Part shown: piece after piece, positions 42,930 to 57,217 of the stretch
Layout of the letters: each line of letters opens with the position of its first letter
Position numbering within the stretch: the stretch's first letter is position 1
Assembly (NCBI GenBank): GCA_048128005.1
Contig: JBEUKZ010000054.1
Span: forward strand, 1,550,001-1,611,274
Source of the DNA: Veleropilina oligotropha
Lineage: Eukaryota
Direction of reading: 5' to 3'
Length of the DNA: 61,274 nt
Made by a program: the position numbers and the translations under genes
The notes under the pieces: generated by a model
Told to the model about the DNA's origin: nothing
What the model saw: only the letters and a program-made list of their open reading frames with translations
Database searches by the model: none

Positions 42930-45900
42930 AGAGAAACCTGTTACCTATCCTTCTAGTGGCGATGTAAACAGAGGTTCTGACTACAATCTAGTGGAGACGT
43001 AAACACAGGTTCTGACTACAATCTAGTGGAGACGTAAACAGGGGTTCTGACTACAATCTAGTGGAGATGTAAACAGAGGTTCTGACTACAATCTAGTGGA
43101 GACGTAAACAGGGGTTCTGACTACAATCTAGTGGAGACATAAACAGGGGTCTGACTACAATCTAGTGGAGATGTAAACAGGGGTTCTGACTACAATCTAG
43201 TGGAGACGTAAACAGAGGTTCTGACTACAATCTAGTGGAGACGTTCACAGAGGTTCTGACTACAATCTAGTGGAGACGTAAACAGAGGTTCTGACTACAA
43301 TCTAGTGGAGACATAAACAGGGGTTCTGACTACAATCTAGTGGAGATGTAAACAGAGGTTCTGACTACAATCTAGTGGAGACGTAAACAGGGGTTCTGAC
43401 TACAATCTAGTGGAGACGTAAACAGGGGTTCTGACTACAATCTAGTGGAGATGTAAACAGGGGTTCTGACTACAATCTAGTGGAGACGTAAACAGAGGTT
43501 CTGACTACAATCTAGTGGAGACGTAAACAGAGGTTCTGACTACAATCTAGTGGAGATGTAAACAGGGGTTCTGACTACAATCTAGTGGCGATGTAAACAG
43601 GGGTTCTGACTACAATCTAGTGGAGACGTAAACAGGGGTTCTGACTACAATCTAGTGGAGATGTAAACAGGGGTTCTGACTACAATCTAGTGGAGATGTA
43701 AACAGAGTGGAGATGTAAACAGAAGTTCTGACTACAATCTAGTGGCGACGTAAACAGATCTAGGGGTTCTGACTACAATCTAGTGGCGATGTAAACAGAG
43801 GTTCTGACTACAATCTAGTGGAGATGTAAACAAGGGTTCTGACTACAATCTAGTGGAGATGTAAACAGGGGTTCTGACTACAATCTAGTGGAGACATAAA
43901 CAGAGGTTCTGACTACAATCTAGTGGAGATGTAAACAGAGGTTCTGACTACAATCTAGTGGAGACGTAAACAGAGGTTCTGACTACAATCTAGTGGAGAT
44001 GTAAACAGGGGTTCTGACTACAATCTAGTGGACACGTAAACAGAGGTTCTGACTACAATCTAGTGGAGATGTAAACAGGTGTTCTGACTACAATCTAGTG
44101 GACACGTAAACAGATCTAGAGGTTCTGACTACAATCTAGTGGAGATGTAAACAGGTGTTCTGACTACAATCTAGTGGCGACGTAAACAGGTGTTCTGACT
44201 ACAATCTAGTGGAGATGTAAACAGGGGTTCTGACTACAATCTAGTGGACACGTAAACAGAGGTTCTGACTACAATATAGTGGAGATGTAAACAGGGGTTC
44301 TGACTACAATCTAGTGGACACGTTCACAGAGGTTCTGACTACAATCTAGTGGAGATGTAAACAGAGGTTCTGACTACAATCTAGTGGCGACGTAAACAGG
44401 TGTTCTGACTACAATCTAGTGGAGATGTAAACAGGGGTTCTGACTACAATCTAGTGGACACGTAAACAGAGGTTCTGACTACAATCTAGTGGAGATGTAA
44501 ACAGGGGTTCTGACTACAATCTAGTGGAGACGTACACAGGGGTTCTGACTACAATCTAGTGGAGACGTAAACAGAGGTTCTGACTACAATCTAGTGGAGA
44601 GGTAAACAGGGGTTCTGACTACAATCTAGTGGAGACGTAAACAGGGGTTCTGACTACAATCTAGTGGAGATGTAAACAGGGGTTCTGACTACAATCTAGT
44701 GGCGACGTCAACAGAGGTTCTGACTACAATCTAGTGGCGACGTAAACAGATCTAGAGGTTCTGACTACAATCTAGTGGAGATGTAAACAGGGGTTCTGAC
44801 TACAATCTAGTGGCGATGTAAACAGGGGTTCTGACTACAATCTAGTGGAGACGTAAACAGAGGTTCTGACTACAATCTAGTGGAGACGTAAACAGAGGTT
44901 CTGACTACAATCTAGTGGAGATGTACACAGGGGTTCTGACTACAATCTAGTGGCGATGTAAACAGGGGTTCTGACTACAATCTAGTGGAGACGTAAACAG
45001 AGGTTCTGACTACAATCTAGTGGCGACGTAAACAGATCTAGGGGTTCTGACTACAATCTAGTGGCGATGTAAACAGAGGTTCTGACTACAATCTAGTGGA
45101 GATGTAAACAAGGGTTCTGACTACAATCTAGTGGAGATGTAAACAGGGGTTCTGACTACAATCTAGTGGAGACATAAACAGAGGTTCTGACTACAATCTA
45201 GTGGAGATGTAAACAGAGGTTCTGACTACAATCTAGTGGAGACGTAAACAGAGGTTCTGACTACAATCTAGTGGAGATGTAAACAGGGGTTCTGACTACA
45301 ATCTAGTGGACACGTAAACAGAGGTTCTGACTACAATCTAGTGGCGACGTAAACAGGTGTTCTGACTACAATCTAGTGGAGATGTAAACAGGTGTTCTGA
45401 CTACAATCTAGTGGACACGTAAACAGATCTAGAGGTTCTGACTACAATCTAGTGGATATGTAAACAGGTGTTCTGACTACAATCTAGTGGCGACGTAAAC
45501 AGGTGTTCTGACTACAATCTAGTGGAGATGTAAACAGGGGTTCTGACTACAATCTAGTGGACACGTAAACAGAGGTTCTGACTACAATCTAGTGGAGATG
45601 TAAACAGGGGTTCTGACTACAATCTAGTGGACACGTTCACAGAGGTTCTGACTACAATCTAGTGGCGACGTAAACAGGTGTTCTGACTACAATCTAGTGG
45701 AGATGTAAACAGGGGTTCTGACTACAATCTAGTGGACACGTAAACAGAGGTTCTGACTACAATCTAGTGGAGATGTAAACAGGGGTTCTGACTACAATCT
45801 AGTGGAGACGTAAACAGGGGTTCTGACTACAATCTAGTGGAGACGTAAACAGAGGTTCTGACTACAATCTAGCGGAGATGTAAACAGGGGTTCTGACTAC

Positions 45901-48370
45901 AATCTAGTGGAGACGTAAACAGGGGTTCTGACTACAATCTAGTGGAGATGTAAACAGGGGTTCTGACTACAATCTAGTGGCGACGTAAACAGAGGTTCTG
46001 ACTACAATCTAGTGGCGACGTAAACAGATCTAGAGGTTCTGACTACAATCTAGTGGAGATGTAAACAGGGGTTCTGACTACAATCTAGTGGCGATGTAAA
46101 CAGGAGTTCTGACTACAATCTAGTGGCGATGTAAACAGGGGTTCTGACTACAATCTAGTGGAGATGTAAACAGGGGTTCTGACTACAATCTAGTGGAGAC
46201 GTAAACAGAGGTTCTGACTACAATCTAGTGGAGATGTAAACAGGGGTTCTGACTACAATCTAGTGGAGATGTAAACAGGGGTTCTGACTACAATCTAGTG
46301 GACACGTTAACAGAGGTTCTGACTACAATCTAGTGGAGATGTAAACAGGTGTTCTGACTACAATCTAGTGGAGATGTAAACAGAGGTTCTGACTACAATC
46401 TAGTGGACACGTCAACAGGTTCTGACTACAATCTAGTGGAGATGTAAACAGAGGTTCTGACTACAATCTAGTGGACACGTAAACAGAGGTTCTGACTACA
46501 ATCTAGTGGACACGTTCACAGAGGTTCTGACTACAATCTAGTGGAGAAGTAAACAGGTGTTCTGACTACAATCTAGTGGAGATGTAAACAGAGGTTCTGA
46601 CTACAATCTAGTGGAGATGTAAACAGGGGTTCTGACTACAATCTAGTGGAGATGTAAACAGGGGTTCTGACTACAATCTAGTGGAGACGTAAACAGGGGT
46701 TCTGACTACAATCTAGTGGAGATGTAAACAGGGGTTCTGACTACAATCTAGTGGAGATGTAAACAGAGGTTCTGACTACAATCTAGTGGCGATGTAAACA
46801 GGTTCTGACTACAATCTAGTGGAGATGTAAACAGGGGTTCTGACTACAATCTAGTGGAGATGTAAACAGGGGTTCTGACTACAATCTAGTGGAGACGTAA
46901 CCAGAGGTTGACTACAATCTAGTGGAGATGTAAACAGGGGTTCTGACTACAATCTAGTGGACACGTTAACAGAGGTTCTGACTACAATCTGGTGGAGATG
47001 TAAACAGGTGTTCTGACTACAATCTAGTGGACACGTAAACAGATCTAGAGGTTCTGACTACAATCTAGTGGAGATGTAAACAGGTGTTCTGACTACAATC
47101 TAGTGGCGACGTAAACAGGTGTTCTGACTACAATCTAGTGGAGATGTAAACAGGGGTTCTGACTACAATCTAGTGGACACGTACACAGAGGTTCTGACTA
47201 CAATCTAGTGGAGATGTAAACAGGGGTTCTGACTACAATCTAGTGGACACGTTCACAGAGGTTCTGACTACAATCTAGTGGAGACGTAACCAGAGGTTGA
47301 CTACAATCTAGTGGAGATGTAAACAGGGGTTCTGACTACAATCTAGTGGAGATGTAAACAGAGGTTCTGACTACAATCTAGTGGCGACGTAAACAGGTGT
47401 TCTGACTACAATCTAGTGGAGATGTAAACAGGGGTTCTGACTACAATCTAGTGGACACGTAAACAGAGGTTCTGACTACAATCTAGTGGAGTTGTTAACA
47501 TGGGTTCTGACTACAATCTAGTGGAGACGTAAACAGGGGTTCTGACTACAATCTAGTGGAGACGTTAACAGATGTTCTGACTACAATCTAGTGGAGATGT
47601 AAACAGGGGTTCTGACTACAATCTAGTGGAGACGTAAACAGGGGTTCTGACTACAATCTAGTGGAGATGTAAACAGGGGTTCTGACTACAATCTAGTGGA
47701 GACGTTATCAGAGCTTCTGACTACAATCTAGTGGCAACGTAAACAGAGGTTCTGAGTACAATCTAGTGGCGACGTAAACATCTAGAGGTTCTGACTACAA
47801 TCTAGTGGAGATGTAAACAGAGGTTCTGACTACAATCTAGTGGAGACGTAAACAGAGGTTCTGACTACAATCTAGTGGCGATGTAAACAGGGGTTCTGAC
47901 TACAATCTAGTGGAGATGTAAACAGGGGTTCTGACTACAATCTAGTGGAGACGTAAACAGATGTTCTGACTACAATCTAGTGGAGATGTAAACAGGGGTT
48001 CTGACTACAATCTAGTGGAGATGTAAACAGGGGTTCTGACTACAATCTAGTGGACACGTTAACAGAGGTTCTGACTACAATCTAGTGGAGATGTAAACAG
48101 GTGTTCTGACTACAATCTAGTGGAGACGTTCACAGGGGTTCTGACTACAATCTAGTGGAGACGTAAACAGAGGTTCTGACTACAATCTAGTGGAGACGTA
48201 AACAGATCTAGAGGTTCTGAATACAATCTAGTGGAGATGTAAACAGAGGTTCTGATTACAATCTAGTGGAGACGTAAACAGGGGTTCTGACTACAATCTA
48301 GTGAAGATGTAAACAGAGGTTCTGACTACAATCTAGTGGAGACGTAAACAGATCTAGAGGTTCTGAATCT
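42930..48370. repeat. 35-bp satellite (CTAGTGGAGACGTAAACAGAGGTTCTGACTACAAT)n, ~5.4 kb
   Basis: Direct tandem repetition. Confidence 0.97.
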
Positions 48371-49936
48371 GACTGAAAAATTTGTAAATTAACCAATTAA
48401 GATAAAATGAAAACCATGGTATTATGAAAGGAAAGAAAACACTTTTGTATCAGAAGTTGTAGTTTCAGTATTTTATGTAGTAATGAAGTCAAGTACGAGT
48501 AATTATATATATATATAATAGCCCAACTTTTTGGATACAAAGTTCAAATTATTTTTAAAAGTAAATATACTAGTGTTATTCATGAAAGTTGATGTAATTT
48601 TGTAAGGTCAAAAAGTGAAGTTATCTTTTTGCTCAATGTTGTGTTGCATTTTAGGTTGATTTAATGAAAATATGCAAATGATAGTAGGATCTTGTGATTA
48701 TTTTGAAATATAAAACCACTTTTTTATAAACAAATATAAGGTGATGACTTTCAAATTGAATTATTTGGATAGTTAAGCGGTTAATATTTTTAGTTTTGAA
48801 GAATAACCAATATTGTTGTAATAAACTATGTACCAAATTTAAATCCCAGAGTTCATTCACACTCGTATTGCTTTGCCTCAGCATAGGATATTTTATCCAG
48901 TGAGAATATTTTACCGCCTTTTGTTCAAGATCAATTGTTACAGTAGTAATAATTTTATTTATCACATGACAAAGCTGTTATGGAACGGTAGAAGCCGTTC
49001 CATAAATTTTGATACGAAAATACAGAGTCATAAGTATGCAAATGAGGGCGAACATGACGCCATTTCGTTGCTTCTGGCACCAAGTTGATTAGGTGGCACG
49101 TGCTGTCGAGGCTTGATGCGTCTGAGACAGGCCGTTTAATGACTGAAATTAATGACAGAAATGAGTTTAAAATGTAAAGAAATGAGTTTAAAAATGTAAT
49201 AAAATAAGTTTAAAGGTAAATAAAGTCATGTGATAAAGCAAATATCAAACTTGTTTCCATTTCATATGAGAATTATCAAACTCGTCAGCAAATTTAAAAA
49301 TTATGCCTGACTCGTTTCATAATTCTCATATGATATGGACACGCGTTCGATATCCTCTATTTATAGTATAAACCATGCTCTATTGAGGTATAGTACATTT
49401 TCTGTTCCGTATGTGATGGAAATGAAGCTTCATCTGTATGTTTGATGAATGTGATCCGATCGGAAAATAGGGTATTTATACGAAACATTTATACATTCTC
49501 GACTCCATTCTTGTACTGTTCGTCAGTGTCCTGTATATATGTTAGTGCATTATTGTACTATTCGTCAGTGTCCTGTATGTTAGTGCATTATTGTAATGTT
49601 TGTCAGTGTCCTGTATATATGTTAGTGCATTAAACATAGTTATAACTGTTCATTGTTAAAACAGATAAATTGTTAATGATATTTATTAGTAATTATTTGG
49701 TGGATATAATCCGTACTATTTTATGATTAATAAAAACAAAGTAATGAAATTAACTGTGTCACTTGTTTGTTGCCTTCACCCACGTGTGGTGAAGTGTGAA
49801 AAATATAACCTTTGGATTATGATGCATCCACACAGTACGTTTCATGTCTCTAAGGTATGGAGCAGAAGACTGAAGAGAATTTCAATTAGACCGACCGACA
49901 AACTGAATACTATATACTCCCCAAACTTCTTTTGTG

Positions 49937-50135
49937 TAAGTATAAATATATAGAGTCGGCCCAGTGTCGGTGATTTAAGTATAAATATATAGAGTCAGCC
50001 CAGTGTCGGTGATTTAAGTATAAATATATAGAGTCAGCCCAGTGTCGGTGATTTAAGTATAAATATATAGAGTCAGCCCAGTGTCGGTGATTTAAGTATA
50101 AATATATAGAGTCAGCCCAGTGTCGGTGATTTAAG
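49937..50135. repeat. 39-bp tandem repeat, 5 copies
   Basis: TAAGTATAAATATATAGAGTCAGCCCAGTGTCGGTGATT. Confidence 0.95.
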
Positions 50136-50263
50136 GATACTATTAGAATACATTATCGATTGCTGATTGCCACAATGTTCCTGCAGCGCCAAGTTGGTTC
50201 ATCCTGAGGGTATGAATGCTAGAGATGAGATTGAGGAAAGGCAACGTATTGAAAGATGCTTAA

Positions 50264-50574
50264 TGTCCTGTATATTTCCAATCGTTATGTTCAAAGTAGG
50301 ACATGTTCATATTATCGTTGGAGGAAAGCCCGGGGAACCCACCCTCGCCCGGGGAAACCCACCCTCGCCCGGGGAAACCCACCCTCGCCCAGGGAAACCC
50401 ACCCTCGCCCGGGGAAACCCACCCTCGCCAACCAGCTATGAACAACTGTGATTCATAACTCGAAAAATAATGTCATGTCTCAACCTAGGTTCGAACCCAC
50501 TACAGTTCGTGTCAGCGGAATCAAGTGATTTTTCAGAGTCTGCAAACGAAACCACTTGACTGTCGAAGCGGCCC
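50264..50574 (-). mobile_element. tRNA-derived SINE with internal ~21-bp tandem repeat (GCCCGGGGAAACCCACCCTC)
   Basis: B-box GGTTCGAACC; homology to the 40968 and 59335 copies. Confidence 0.75.
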
Positions 50575-50842
50575 AGAGATTGAGGAAGATACTACACTCG
50601 ATGAAGCGAATAAAGCGCCATGACATGGATGATTCCAAGAAATTGTAACTTGTACGATAGCCTGATATCAGTCAGATTAATAACAATCTTAAAATGAAGA
50701 AAAAAGTCCATTTACCATGACCATGGCAGGCATTTTTTGTATATTTCTGAAAGCCAGACATTGTGCTATACATTTACAGTCTGTCATGCTGCCTTTCTTC
50801 GTTGCTACAGGTCATACACTATACGCAATTAGCGTACATATA

Positions 50843-52556
50843 TAGGGTGTCCCAAAAAAATGTCCCCATTATGACACTTCATAATGAACCCCTAAAATAT
50901 TTTGGAAATGTGATCAAGTCATGTTTTCTTGTTCCATAGAGGTGGAAGTTTTGTTTGATACCATTTGGTCATATTGAAATATGACCATAATGACAATTGA
51001 GCAGATAACAATAATAGTTGAGCTGTGGCTCCTCTCAAAAAGTGTATCCAAAGTCCAACCTAATTGTATCCTCGAAATTTAACATTTCTGGGATAGTATG
51101 GTTTAGTCATGTTCAGCCGCCGCAGAGATTTCTTGTGTGCGCTCTACAGTGAAAGGTTCTAATCCGATTTTTTGAAAATTTGGTATGCACGTCAGTTATC
51201 ATGAGGACACGCCACCTAACGATTTTCATCGTTGTCTGACCCAAGATGGCCACCGTGGCGGCCATTTTGTTTGGAGAGATTTCCTGTGTGCGATCTACAG
51301 TGAAAACTTATTATGCGATTTGTTTTATATTTGGTATGCGCGTTCGTTATGATGAGTACATGCCGCCTCAAGATTTTCGTCGTTTTCGGATACAAGATGG
51401 CCGCCATGGTGGCAATTTTGTTTGACGAGATTTCTTGTGCGTGCTCTACAGTGAAAAGTTATTATCCGATTTCATTCATATTTGATATGCACTTTAGTTG
51501 TGATGAGGACATGCCACCTAAATATTTTCGTCGTTTTCGGTTTCCATGATGGCCGCCTTGGCGGCCATTTTGGTTGATTAGATTTCTTGTGCGCGCTCTA
51601 CAATGAAAAGTTGTTATCCGATTTGATTCAAAGTTAGTATGCATGTTAGTTATGATGAGGACACGCCACCTAACGTTTTTTGCTCTTTTGATCCAAGATG
51701 GCCGCCGTCTTGTTCTGTATGCATTGCCACCCTTATCCTCGTCAAGCATTGGACAGGAGTACAATTCAGAGATTTGTTGAAACGTTATGACTGGTGACTG
51801 CATCTGTTATCATCACATGGGCCAGTATGGTAGTAGGCGGACTGGTCGTAGTGAAGATAATTTGGAAATTGTGATGGAGTCGGTCACTCGCATTTCCTTA
51901 ACATCAGTGCGTCTAATCTCAGATCAGACAAACAATTCATTGATCAGCGTATTCTAAAGGATGACATGCATGCCTTCCAAAGCAAACTTCAGTCTGAAAA
52001 TTAATTTAGTGATCAAGAAAAGCCAAGACTTGAAATTTGCGATGGTATTGCAAAATAATTATAATACTGCAATATAATTAGAATACGATTTCCTAAGGTA
52101 GTTAGTTGCACATGACTGGTGAATGTCACGCTCTTTTATCCGGAGTTGTGACCAAGCAAAATTGCAGATACTGGGAAATTGGTAGCCATGATACCAAGGG
52201 AAAAATTCCCAAGATCTGTGTTGAAGCTACCATGTGAGTAGCCATCTCGTGGTCTGACATCACTGGCCCCTATATGGTTGTGTTGATCCATTCTGTTATT
52301 GGACAATGAGGAGGATGCGTGGAACATGTTGTGTAAATTACAGCTGTAGAAGTATGTAAATTCGTTCAGGACAAATTCGCTTTGTTATAAAATGACTATA
52401 TGACAAAATTTCCATCTGTCTAATTCATAAAATGACTATATGACAAAAAAGTTCCATCTTTCTGCTTCAAAACCCTTCACATTATGGTGGCCAGAAATAA
52501 TTTTGCGTCCAGTAATATTTAAGTTAGAAATGGGGACATTTTTGGGGGACACCCTG
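50843..52556 (+). mobile_element. Decayed Tc1/mariner-superfamily transposon
   Basis: TIRs (T/C)AGGGTGTCCC..AAAATGTCCCCATT at 50843 and 52529-52556, flanked by TA; broken transposase-like traces (RTGRSEDNLEIVMESV; degenerate WPxRSPD-like) at ~51830-52290. Confidence 0.7.
51126..51710. repeat. ~151-bp tandem repeat, 4 copies, with CAAGATGGCCGCC motifs, nested in the mariner relic
   Basis: GAGATTTCTTGTG starts at ~51126, 51276, 51427, 51579. Confidence 0.85.
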
Positions 52557-52958
52557 TATATGCAAGAGCCATATACTCATCCTTTCGTACACAGAGACTT
52601 TCAAGAGGATTATTATTTGGTAACAAGAAGCAATTGCAATTGGACCGGGTTGTAACGACCTCATCATTGAACAGGTTCTTATGAGGATTGTAAAGATACG
52701 TGGGGCTCTAACAAGATTGAGAGAAAACGTATGGCTTCTGTTTCTGTCGCCACGTGCACATGTGAATGTGGCAATGCACAAATTTTGTGATGTTGTGTAC
52801 GATAAAAGTGAGCAGCATAAAGTGGTCGGTACAAAAAGACAGAACCGGGATGCGAATAATATACGCTTAATTCACAAACCAAGTTGCCTCATAGAAGGAA
52901 GTCCATTTACTTACAGATCCCGGTCACTGTGTGACTTCGAGTACCAAATCTGAATTCC

Positions 52959-53040
52959 CTGGCATGCATTGTCTGTCTAACAGGAGTGGCATGCATTGTC
53001 TGTCTAACAGGAATGGCATGCATTGTCTGTCTAACAGGTG
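52959..53040. repeat. 27-bp tandem repeat, 3 copies (GGCATGCATTGTCTGTCTAACAGGA..)
   Basis: Visible direct repeats. Confidence 0.85.
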
Positions 53041-53089
53041 TGCAATCGAACCTCGGTTGGGCAGTGGTATTCTTTACTCGGTTACCAAT

Positions 53090-53575
53090 GACTTGGCATT
53101 TTGTCCATAACAGGTTAGATATGGTGAGTTTTACCTGGCGAAATTGCTTTTCTCCTACGATAATATAGACATGTAGGCCTACTGGCTTGAACCTGAAGGT
53201 TGTATATAAACAGGATATTAAGCATCGATTCAAACAAAATCAAATTCTTGAGTCCTGTTCTGCACAGTATACCGCCAGTGAAATGACGCCAGAATGGCCA
53301 GTTAACGTACTACTAGACAAACCTTATAGTCTACGGAAGTTGGTAGCAAAAAGATTTTAAAAATGTTAGTGGCTACGTATTCAGAAAAGCTGACGGGATT
53401 GTGACATTAGGCCGAAAACAATAATTTAGATTCATGACCAACCACTGCAAGTGGACCATAGTTGGTCTGAGAGCTAGGGTGGGTGTTACCCGGCGACCGG
53501 GCTTTCTTCCCACGATAATATGTACATGTTCTGGTTTGAACCTGAGGGTTGTATATACATATACATAGGATTTTA
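53090..53575 (+). mobile_element. Two partial SINE bodies (53090-53225, 53455-53575), opposite orientation to the 40968 family
   Basis: cgataatat..acatgt...ttgaacctga.ggttgtatat...aggat is the reverse complement of the family 3' part. Confidence 0.55.
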
Positions 53576-54189
53576 AGGACCAAACCAAATACTTCAGTTT
53601 TATACACTTGCTTGTAGACCGTGGATATGCGCTTCCTTCCTCTTCAAATTTACGCAGCCTCAAACATTGTCTCTAACTTCGTCAACATGAAAGTATCTTT
53701 TATGAGATAGGAATGGATATGGATAGCCGGTGATCTGCTTGGGGATAGCATCGGTAGTGGAATGTCTAAGAGCGCGGGCTCTCAATTCACCCACCTGATT
53801 AACATAAGCGGGTTCGATTCAACGGTTGGGCGCTTCATTCAGTTAACTTTGGACGCATTTTGTGAGAAATTGAAACAAAATGCAAGAAGAGTTCAAAACT
53901 GTAATAGCATCTCAAATTTCACAAGTACCACAGCTAGGGGTCGTTATCTAAACGTGTCTCGATGTTTAAGGGGTGGTAGAGTAAATTTGATGCAGTTTTG
54001 GAAAAGTCGGCCTTTGGAATAAGCAAGCTATTTTCACGGTAGTCCTACTCATCAACAGCCGATTTCACCAAGCTAAGTCCAAATTAAACATGCCTAACTC
54101 TTAGACCAAGTTTTTTTAATGAGTCCAAATTTAAACACAATTTAAGTTTTACAAACCTCGTCTGCAAAGTGTTAAACACAGTCGATTAA

Positions 54190-55227
54190 AGCCCAGTTCT
54201 CATCTTCACGGTTCTCTCTACGGTGCAACTACCACGGCAAACCGTGATGATCCGTACACATTTTATTACATTTTATGACCTACTACGGCAGTACTATGGT
54301 TATTGACGACAGTCGACGGTGAACTTACGACGTACCTACGGCATTCCACGACAAGCGTACGGTGAGGACCACGGAACTGTTACGGTACTTCACGGTCTGT
54401 CTACGGCATGCCACGACATCCTACGCCTTTCTAGGTCAACCGTACTGAGCGTACGGTTGTCTCACGGTATTGTACGGTTGTCTACGTTTGCCTACGGCGT
54501 ACCATACAAGTCTACGACGCTTCACGATCGTCTACGGTGCACTTGGCTAGGGAATATTTAAAGGACCTCCCTCTATTCACCCTCTCATTCTACCGTCGCC
54601 CCCACACATATCCCTACAAGATCCCGTGTAGATAGCTCGTGTATCATCGAAAGTTGTTGGCTAAAATAGGGAAGAAGTTGTGCAGCCTGTCTTTTATACC
54701 CTTCAGACATCACGTTTCGCCGTCCGCCGTAGACAGTCTTAGCGGCACCGTTGACACACCGTAGAGATCCGTGGTAACACTGTGACCTCAACCGTAGCCT
54801 ACCGTAGCAAATCGCCGACATTCGTCATCAAATATTTCTCTACCGCAATGACACCGTAGATGAATCGTAGGCACACCGTAGCGTTACTGTAGCAAGTCGT
54901 GATAAAACGTAGTCTGCCACGACGAACCGTGAACGCAATGAACGTACGGTTCAGTACAGATTATCACGAATTAGTCTACGACCTTCGACGACGACCTACG
55001 TACGGTGCTTCTACGCCAACGTACGGACAATAAAACGCCATAGCGACTCCGTGATGGTTTTGTGCATCACAAAATTTGACCGCTTTCTACGGTCCTTCAC
55101 GGTGAACGACAGAATAGTACGGTCACTCACGGATCAATCTACGACGCTTTACGGATCATCCCGGATGGCCACGGTGAGCTGAACCGTAGCGATCCGTAGA
55201 GAGAACCGTGGAGGTGATAACTGGGCT
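54190..55227. mobile_element. Non-autonomous TIR element A (PIF/Harbinger-like MITE)
   Basis: TIR AGCCCAGTTCTCATCTTCACGGTTCTCTCTACGG / CCGTAGAGAGAACCGTGGAGGTGATAACTGGGCT; TWA flanks; many CTACGG/CCGTAG motifs. Confidence 0.8.
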
Positions 55228-55230
55228 TTA

Positions 55231-56343
55231 TGCTACGTTTACACTATGTTCCCGGCGGCCACGGTAGCCCCGTTTGCCCGAAACGTAGTACGCCGTGGGA
55301 TTTTGGCCATTTTTTCTCTGTATTCAAGTCTTGGCAAGATTTCTCACGGTCTGTCACGATAGCCGTGACGGGCCGTGGGGGGAAAGGGCTGCCGAGTCCC
55401 GGAGGCTCCAATGCGCACTACGGTTCGGCCCGCGGTCTACCACGGATGCCAGTACGTTCCCTCCAGGCCCGTCACGTTCTGATGGGGCCCCTCACGTTTC
55501 TCACGTTCTTATGAAGGTATGACACGTTTTTCACGTCTGTCAAGGCTTTCGACGGATGAAACGTGGATGCCGGGCGGCTTTGGAGCACGTTTGTGCCCAA
55601 GAAGGCCTCCCAAGCAAAAGCAATCATTGTATCCTGAGACTTCGACGAGATAATAACATCATGAATGCTCAAGATGAAGAAGATTTTGTGTTTGCATGTT
55701 TGCTGGGTGCATACATCCAGTCTTTGCATCAGCAGCTTGCAGTCGGGCATTGAAGCTCACTACGGTCCTTCTGGGCATCTGAGTGATGTGCTCCAACAGG
55801 AACTGGAAGCGCTGCCAAATCCACCTGTTGACATAGAAATTGAAATTTATAAGCGTGCATGCAAATATATGTTCAGTACATTACACACACACATATATAC
55901 TATAAAAATTAAGTTTAGCAACACTTTTTGTGTCGTGATAAACTATTGTGTGTACATGTAAATTTAATATAACATGAGCACTACGATTGGAATTTCGTGC
56001 AGGTGTTAAATTTAGCATGCCCATACGTTTCAGATAAACGCACACTTTTAAGCTCCACATGCTTCCCGTCCCACTACGGACCGCCTCCAAGTTTTGTTAA
56101 GGCCTATTACGTACTGTCGCGTTTTGTTGCGTTCACCCCGTTTTACTACGGCCTACTATGTTTCTCATCCGTACCGTGACTGCCGTGGCAAATTTTTTGA
56201 CAGTTAAAAAATCTGGCACGGCATCCACGGTAATCACGGCCTGTCACGTTTGCCCCCGCGTTGTCTCACGTCCTTCCCGTTTTGTCCACGGTGGCCTGAA
56301 ACGGGGCTGCCGTGGCCGCCGGGAACATAGTGTAAACGTAGCA
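55231..56343. mobile_element. Non-autonomous PIF/Harbinger-like element B
   Basis: 34-bp perfect TIR TGCTACGTTTACACTATGTTCCCGGCGGCCACGG; TTA TSD at 55228-55230 and 56344-56346. Confidence 0.85.
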
Positions 56344-56365
56344 TTAGGCGTAGTCCAATGAGAGT

Positions 56366-57089
56366 GAAGTGTGCCTACGATTCATTTACGGTGTCACTAC
56401 GGTAGAGTAAGATTTGGTGACGAATGTCAGCGGTTTTCTACGGTAGGCCACGGTAGGCTACGGTTAAGGTCACGGTGTTACCATGGATGTCTACGGCTTG
56501 CTACGGTGTGGCTATGGTGCCGCTAAGACTGTCTACGGTGGGCGGCGACACGTGATGTCTGAAGGGTATAAAAGGCAGGCTGCACAACTTGTTCACTCTT
56601 TCAGCAAACAACTTCCGATGACACAAGAGCTATATGTACAATGGGACCTTGTAGTGATCTGTCTGGGTGACGACGATAGAATGAGAGGGTGAAGAGAGGG
56701 GGGCCGTTAAATACTCACCAGCCAAGTGCATCGTAGACTATCGTGAAGCGTCGTAGACTTGTGCGGTACGCCGTAGGCAAACGTAGACAATGGTACTATA
56801 CCGTGAGGCCACCGTACGTTCAGTATGGTTGACCGTAGAAAAGCGTAGAGTGTCGTAGCATGCCGTATAGACAGACCGTGAAATACCATAGTAGTTCCGT
56901 AGTCCTCACCGTACGCGTGTCGTGGAATGCCGTAGGTACGTCGTAAGTTCACCGTCGACTGTCGTCAATAACCGTAGTACTGTCATAGGTCATAAAAAGG
57001 TAATAAAATGTGTACGGATCATCACGGTTTGCCGTCGTAGTTGCACCGTAGATATCCGTAGAGAGAACCGTGAAGGTGAGAACTGGGCT
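56366..57089 (-). mobile_element. Inverted, truncated second copy of element A
   Basis: Reverse complement of ~54190-54877, including the TIR. Confidence 0.85.
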
Positions 57090-57217
57090 TTAGACCTTGT
57101 CGGTACTTCGAATGTACAACGGGAACAATAGAATTAACGGACCATGAACCAGCGAATTGGGGTTAAAACAAATGTAAATCAATAGTAAATCATTTCGATC
57201 ACGTATAGAATTTTACT

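Noticed and set aside
42930..48370. CRISPR-like appearance of the 28-40-bp arrays
   Set aside because: Units are head-to-tail with no unique spacers, there are no cas genes, and the context is eukaryotic
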